This document shows, in pieces, positions 58,802 to 64,000 of a stretch of 64,000 nucleotides of DNA. Position 1 is the stretch's first letter. The number at the start of each line of letters is the position of its first letter. A program made the position numbers and the translations under genes. The stretch comes from Antechinus flavipes (taxonomy: Eukaryota): positions 63,550,001-63,614,000 of the forward strand of contig NC_067400.1 in the NCBI RefSeq assembly GCF_016432865.1. The letters are read 5' to 3'. The notes beneath the pieces were generated by a model. The model searched no databases, had not been told where the DNA came from, and saw nothing but the letters and a program-made list of their open reading frames with translations.

Positions 58802-61800
58802 ATGCGGGCTTCGCTGTTGCTGTCGGTGCTGCGGCCCGCGGGGCCCGTGGCCGTGGGCATCTCTCTGGGCTTCACCCTGAGTCTGCTCAGCGTCACCTGG
58901 GTAGAGGAGCCCTGCGGCCCGGGCCCGCCCCGCCCCGGGGACCCCGACCTGCCCCTCCGCGGTTACACCAACGCAGCCCGCCGGCCCAACTCGGTGCAGA
59001 CCAGCCCGGATCGCGAGCGGCCCGAAGACACGGAGAGCTGGGAACCCCGTGTGGTGCCCTACCGCCCCACGCACTCTAGCCATATCCCCAAGAAAGCAGT
59101 CAGGTAGGGAACACCTCTCTCTGCCCCGCCCCAAGACGAGCCAGCGGCCCCGCCACCCCCCACCTCTCAACAAAACAGCCCGGCCTCGGGGACCGAGCCC
59201 AGGCCAACCGAGAGCGGAGAGGGAGCCGCGGACGGGACTGCGGGGGGTTGGATCCAGCCCGGGCAGGAAGGGGCCGGCCTGGGCCAGGAAGTCTTTAGTC
59301 CCCAATGACTTCCTATGGCCCCACATCCCTAAGGAATGGTGGGGCCCTGCGGGGAGGTGAGAGTCAGCCAGTCCTGCTGCCCAAAATGACCTTTCCTCCT
59401 TTCCTGCGGGCTCCGGAGAGACTCCTCCCTGCCCGGGAGTTATCTTTTCCCGTCTGTCCGGTTAGAGGTACAGCGACACAGCTCTGACACTTGGGAGCTG
59501 GGTGATCGCAGGCAAGTCCCGACCTCTCTGAACTTTGTAAACAGAGATTGCCCCACTCACCTGAGAGTCAGCCCGGCCTAGTGGAGGGGGGGCCAGCCTT
59601 AGAGTCAGAAGGTTGAATGTTTCACCTCCCGCTTCACCTCCCCAAGATCTCTGTGGTGTGTTAGCTAGAGCCGCTAAGGTACAAGCTACATTGGAGTTGC
59701 TGTGATGGAAGGAATTCCCACATTGGGAGCTCCATCCACCAAGGAGTCACAGGTCAGGAGTTGGGAGCTGTCACTGTGATCGCACTTCCCTCTGCCCTAG
59801 GACCCGGTATATCAGCACAGAGCTGGGCATCCGCCAGAGGCTGCTTGTGGCTGTGCTCACTACCCAGGATACCCTGCCTTCGATGGGTGTGGCAGTGAAC
59901 CGGACACTCGGACATTGGCTGGAGCAGGTGGTGTTCCTGACTGGCACGAAGAGCCGCAGGGAGCCCCTGGGCATGTCGGTGGTGGAGCTAGGGGAGGATG
60001 GACCCATCGGCCGGCTCCACCTGGCTCTTCAGCACCTCTTGGAGAAGTATGGGGAAGATTTTGACTGGTTCTTCCTGGTGCCAGACAACACCTATACAGA
60101 GGCCCACAGGCTAGCCCAGCTGGCTGGTCACCTCAGCTTGGCCACAGCCTCCCAACTCTACCTGGGCCGGCCTCAAGAGTTCATCGGGGGAGAATCCGCC
60201 TCCAGCCGATACTGTCACAGTGGCTTTGGGGTGCTGTTATCCCGCATGCTCCTGCAGCAACTACAACCGCACTTGGAGACTTGCCGAAATGACATTGTCA
60301 GCTCTCGGCCCGACGAATGGCTGGGCCGTTGTATCTTTGATGTCACCGGAGTCAGCTGTACAGGCGAGCACCAGGTGGGGAGTTGGGCTGGAGGGCCTTC
60401 CAAAAGGGGAGCGGGGTGGAGCATGGAGAGTCAGGGCTGGGGATAGAGTGAGAGAAATGGTCCCTCTTACTCCTTCCCCTGTCCCCGGCCCCAGGGCGTG
60501 CACTATAACTACGTGGAACTGGGCAGTTCTGGGGAGGCGCTGCAGGAGGGGGATCCCCACTTCCAGAGTGCCCTGACTGCCCACCCAGTGCGGGACCCCG
60601 TGCACATGTACAAGCTGCACAAGGCTTTCACTCGAGCCGAGCTGGAGCGCACCTATCAGGAGATCCAGGAGCTGCAGGTAAGGGCCAGAAGCCGCGAGAT
60701 GGGTCGGTGGGGGAAGGAGGATTGTGGGAACCTCCTGTGACGCCTTTCTCTTTCCTCTCACTCAGCTGGAGATCCAGAACACCAGCCGGCTCTCGGTGGA
60801 TGGGGAACAGGAGGCATCCTGGCCTTTAGGCATCCCAGCCCCGTTCCGTCCCTCCTCTCGATTTGAGGTGCTGAGCTGGGACTACTTTACGGAGAACCAC
60901 GTTTTCTCCTGCGCCGACGGGTCTCCCAGTTGTCCTCTGCGAGGAGCCGACCGCGATGATGTGGCCGACGTGCTGGGGGCTGCCCTGGAAGAGCTAAACC
61001 GACGTTACTACCCGGCCCTGCAGCTTCGCAAGCAGCAGCTGCTCAATGGCTACCGGCGCTTCGACCCGACCCGGGGCATGGAGTACACGCTGGACCTGGA
61101 GTTGGAGGCGCTCACCCCAGAGGGGGCCCGCAGGCACCTCACCCGTCGAGTCCAGCTCCTGAGGCCCCTGAGCCGGGTGGAAATCCTGCCGGTGCCCTAC
61201 GTGACGGAGGCGTCCCGGCTCACCGTGCTCCTGCCGCTGGCGGCAGCCGATCTCGACCTGGCGCCCCACTTCCTGGAAGCCTTCGCCGCGGCCGCTCTGG
61301 AGCCGGGGGACACGGCCGTGGCGCTGACCCTGCTCCTGCTCTACGAACCTCAGCAAGCGCAGCACGTGACCCACGCCGACGTCTTCGCTTCGGTTAAGAG
61401 CCGGGTGGCGGAGCTGGAACAGCGGTACCCCGGCTCCCAAGTGCCCTGGCTCAGCGTGCAGACGGCGGCCCCCGCGCCCCTGCGCCTGCTGGACCTGCTC
61501 TCCAAGAAGCACCCGCTGGACACGCTCTTCCTGCTGGCCGGGCCAGCCACGGTCCTCACTTCCGACTTCCTGAACCGCTGCCGGATGCACGCGATTGCCG
61601 GCTGGCAGGCCTTCTTCCCCATGCACTTCCAAGCCTTCCACCCTGCCGTGGCCCCCCCGCAGGGCCCGGGGGCCCCCGAGCTGGGCCGGGACACGGGTCA
61701 CTTTGACCGCCATGTAGCCAGCGAAGCCTGCTTCTACAACTCCGACTACGTGGCGGCCCGGAGCCAGCTGGCGAAGGCTTGGGATGGGGAAGAGGAGCTC

Positions 61801-62025
61801 CTCGAGGGCCTGGATCTCTACGAACTGTTCCTCAAGTTCTCCAGCCTGCACGTGCTGCGGGCCGTGGAGCCCGCTCTGCTGCAGCCCTACCGACACCAGC
61901 TGTGCGGGGGGCAGCCCGGCGAGAACCTCTGGCAGCACTGCCGCCAGAGCGTCCTGGAGGGCCTGGGCTCCCGGGCTCAGCTGGCCATGTTGCTCTTTGA
62001 GCAAGAGCAAGGGAACAGCACCTGA
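58802..62025 (+). CDS. CHPF: Chondroitin polymerizing factor (chondroitin sulfate synthase 2); exons 58802-59103, 59801-60374, 60495-60677, 60766-62025; 772 aa
   Basis: MRASLLLSVLRPAGPVAVGISLGFTLSLLSVTW, RTRYISTELGIRQRL, FDWFFLVPD, GYRRFDPTRGMEYTLDL and LAMLLFEQEQGNST*. GT-AG introns with consistent phases; 2319 nt in total. Confidence 0.97.
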
Positions 62026-62488
62026 TCCACCTGGAGCCGCCGCCACCCAGTCCGCGGAAGCCATTGCGGCCCTCCCTCCCCTGCGGAAATTCGAGCTGCT
62101 CTGCCTCCAGCCCCGGGGGCTTAGCTCTGGAGGGGGCCCTTCAGCCTCGGGGCTGGAAAGAGCCAGCAGCAAGCAGCAGCGATTTCTGGGTGGGAGCCTG
62201 GTCTCTGCTCTGGGGACTTGGGGGAGAGACTGGAGCCCTCCCACCTCACCTTGCCCGGTTCCGACATTTGGGCCCTGGCCTTTTTAAGTATTTATGCAGA
62301 AAAATCTGCTCGACGCCAGCGTCCCTCCCCCCATGGGGGGTCCAGCCTGGGGGAGTGGGGAGCTGCAGGTGAAAGTCTGGATAGAGTCATTCTGGGCTTG
62401 AGGGCCTGGCTTACAAATAGAATTTAATGGATGGTCAGGAGTCCCTAGAACCGAAATCCACCATCCCCTGATGAAGCTGATTGCCTTT

Positions 62489-62494
62489 AATAAA
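62489..62494 (+). terminator. CHPF: Putative CHPF polyadenylation signal (AATAAA)
   Basis: AATAAA about 460 nt after the stop codon. Confidence 0.7.
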
Positions 62495-62656
62495 CCAGCT
62501 GATCTTGTAGATGTGAGCTCTGGTTATTATTCCTGCTCTCCCCTTCTCCTCCAACCATCTTCATCGGGGGTGCTCCGGGCCCAGAGCCGTTCAGGTCTAC
62601 ACATGTACACTGACTGTCGCACCACACACCCACACGCAGCCGATAGTTTGTGACTT

Positions 62657-62662
62657 TTTATT
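62657..62662 (-). terminator. ASIC4: Putative ASIC4 polyadenylation signal (AATAAA)
   Basis: TTTATT on plus, about 900 nt downstream of the ASIC4 stop on minus. Confidence 0.6.
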
Positions 62663-63561
62663 TCCATTTGTTTCACAGATTTAGAAACTCAGACCCAAGG
62701 CTGGGAGCAGGGGAAGGAGCCCTGGTAGAGGGTCCTGGAAAGTACTCTCCTCCTACCCTTACCCACCCCCACCCCCCCAACCAAGCTTAGCCAGGTCTGA
62801 CAGGCCTCCCGCCCAGAGATTCATTAGGGTCTTTTGAAAGGAAGCAGGAATGGAGGTTAAGGGAAAAGGTGGCCTTAAGAAGGGAAGGACCGGGAGCTGG
62901 GCAGAGGGTGCATTTGGGGGGCAGACCAGGCCAGCTGGGGCCATTCCCATTTACCCTAACAGAGGATGGGGCTGTGCCAAGAGGCCTGAACTAGGGCCAG
63001 CCCAGAAGCCCTTCATCCCCTCTCTCTCCCACATACTTACTTAGTCTCAAGGCTCCCACTCTCTAAGCCCAAACACCTTTCTGGGATCACTGCTGGCCCT
63101 CTCCCATCCCTATTTCACCCCCACCCTCCCTCCCAGCTATTTACAAATATACAGAGGGGTTTGTTTTGCTTTTTTATTCTGCAAGGAAGAGTACATACCC
63201 CCTGCCCTTGCCAAGGGACACTCCCTACCCTGGTCCTGAACCAGTCCTGACCCTCCTGCCCTCGGCTGGGCCCGAGGCGGGGGTGGAGTAGTCTGGGCTC
63301 CTGGGAGTGAGGATTCGAGGGGAAGTGGGGAGAGAGAAGAGAAAGACGCTGATGGCCCGGACTTAGCTCCTGGAGAGGTGAGGGGTAGCAGCTGATTTCC
63401 CTGCCACTCCCTGGGAGCCTCCCAGTGGGCCTCTCAGTCCTGGGAGTCACAGTATTCTGCCCCAAGGGGGAAGGAGCAGGCTTCGGAAGGGAGTCCCTGG
63501 CTCCACCCAGGGAGCCGTGCAGGAGTCCAGACGCTTGTCTCCCTCCTCTGAGAGCACCTTC

Positions 63562-63898
63562 CTAGCAAGCGAAGTCTTCAAAAAGGCCCCCAGGAGGGCC
63601 GTGAGGGTGGTGGTGGTTGGGGAGCAGACTGCTGGCCCCCCCACCCTCAGCACAGCCTCGGCCCGGACACGGACTCTGCAGGGCAACAGGCACGAGGGCG
63701 AGTCGTCAGCGGCCGCCCTGAGCACGGGAGGGGAGGGGGCTGGGGGAGGGCTCACCACCAGGCAGAGGGAGAAGGGGCCGCACGGACCCTTACCTGGTCC
63801 TTCAGCTCCTGCAGCCCTAAGGTGGAAATGCCTCCTGCGGAGGTCCTGAGGGGCGGTTTGGGCCGGCGCCACGTCCTCTTCAGCCGGTCCCAGGACAC
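63562..63898 (-). CDS. ASIC4: Acid-sensing ion channel 4, last two coding exons (63794-63898, 63562-63675); gene continues beyond the window
   Basis: VSWDRLKRTWRRPKPPLRTSAGGISTLGLQELKDQ | SPCPGRGCAEGGGASSLLPNHHHPHGPPGGLFEDFAC* matches the ASIC4 C-terminus. GT-AG intron, phase 0. This frame is not in the supplied ORF track. Confidence 0.93.
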
Positions 63899-64000
63899 CT
63901 AGTCGGGGGTGGGAGAAAGGGGAATGAGTCTGGCGGACTGGGGGAAGCACAGAATTGTCCCTTCAGAGGGCCCTCGGGTAACAGATGAGGGGAAGACATC

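Noticed and set aside
60994-62244. 416-aa minus-strand ORF
   Set aside because: Antisense shadow of CHPF exon 4; codon bias explains the lack of stops.

Overview
Vertebrate genomic DNA, very probably marsupial and possibly dasyurid. That call is my recognition of the L1 3' ends and Mar1/MIR-type SINEs, not a search result. The window is syntenic with human 2q35. Left to right: a repeat-rich intergenic flank (1-5200); STK11IP (minus, 24 coding exons, ~1069 aa); INHA (minus, 2 exons, ~355 aa); OBSL1 (plus, 22 exons, ~2011 aa) head-to-head with INHA; TMEM198 (minus, 4 coding exons, 360 aa once a 1-nt gap is corrected) tail-to-tail with OBSL1; CHPF (plus, 4 exons, 772 aa) head-to-head with TMEM198; and the last two coding exons plus 3' UTR of ASIC4 (minus). 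Exon models were hand-built from GT/AG boundaries, phase and remembered human proteins. There are two N-gaps (42191-42338, 50860-51073). I found no prokaryotic features, CRISPR arrays or recognisable tRNA/rRNA, and no new protein-coding gene or clearly new biological system. The most notable items are: (1) five homogenised 273-nt Ig exons in OBSL1 (four in human as I recall), one mosaic and frameshifted; (2) an intact GATA/SF-1/CRE/GATA INHA promoter module, plus a Ser-to-Leu change in the betaglycan-binding finger; (3) a triplicated splice-acceptor unit ahead of the TMEM198 start codon; (4) a dense one-strand RGGTCA cluster in a TMEM198 intron. Two 1-nt homopolymer deletions (OBSL1 36201, TMEM198 53453) may be assembly errors.
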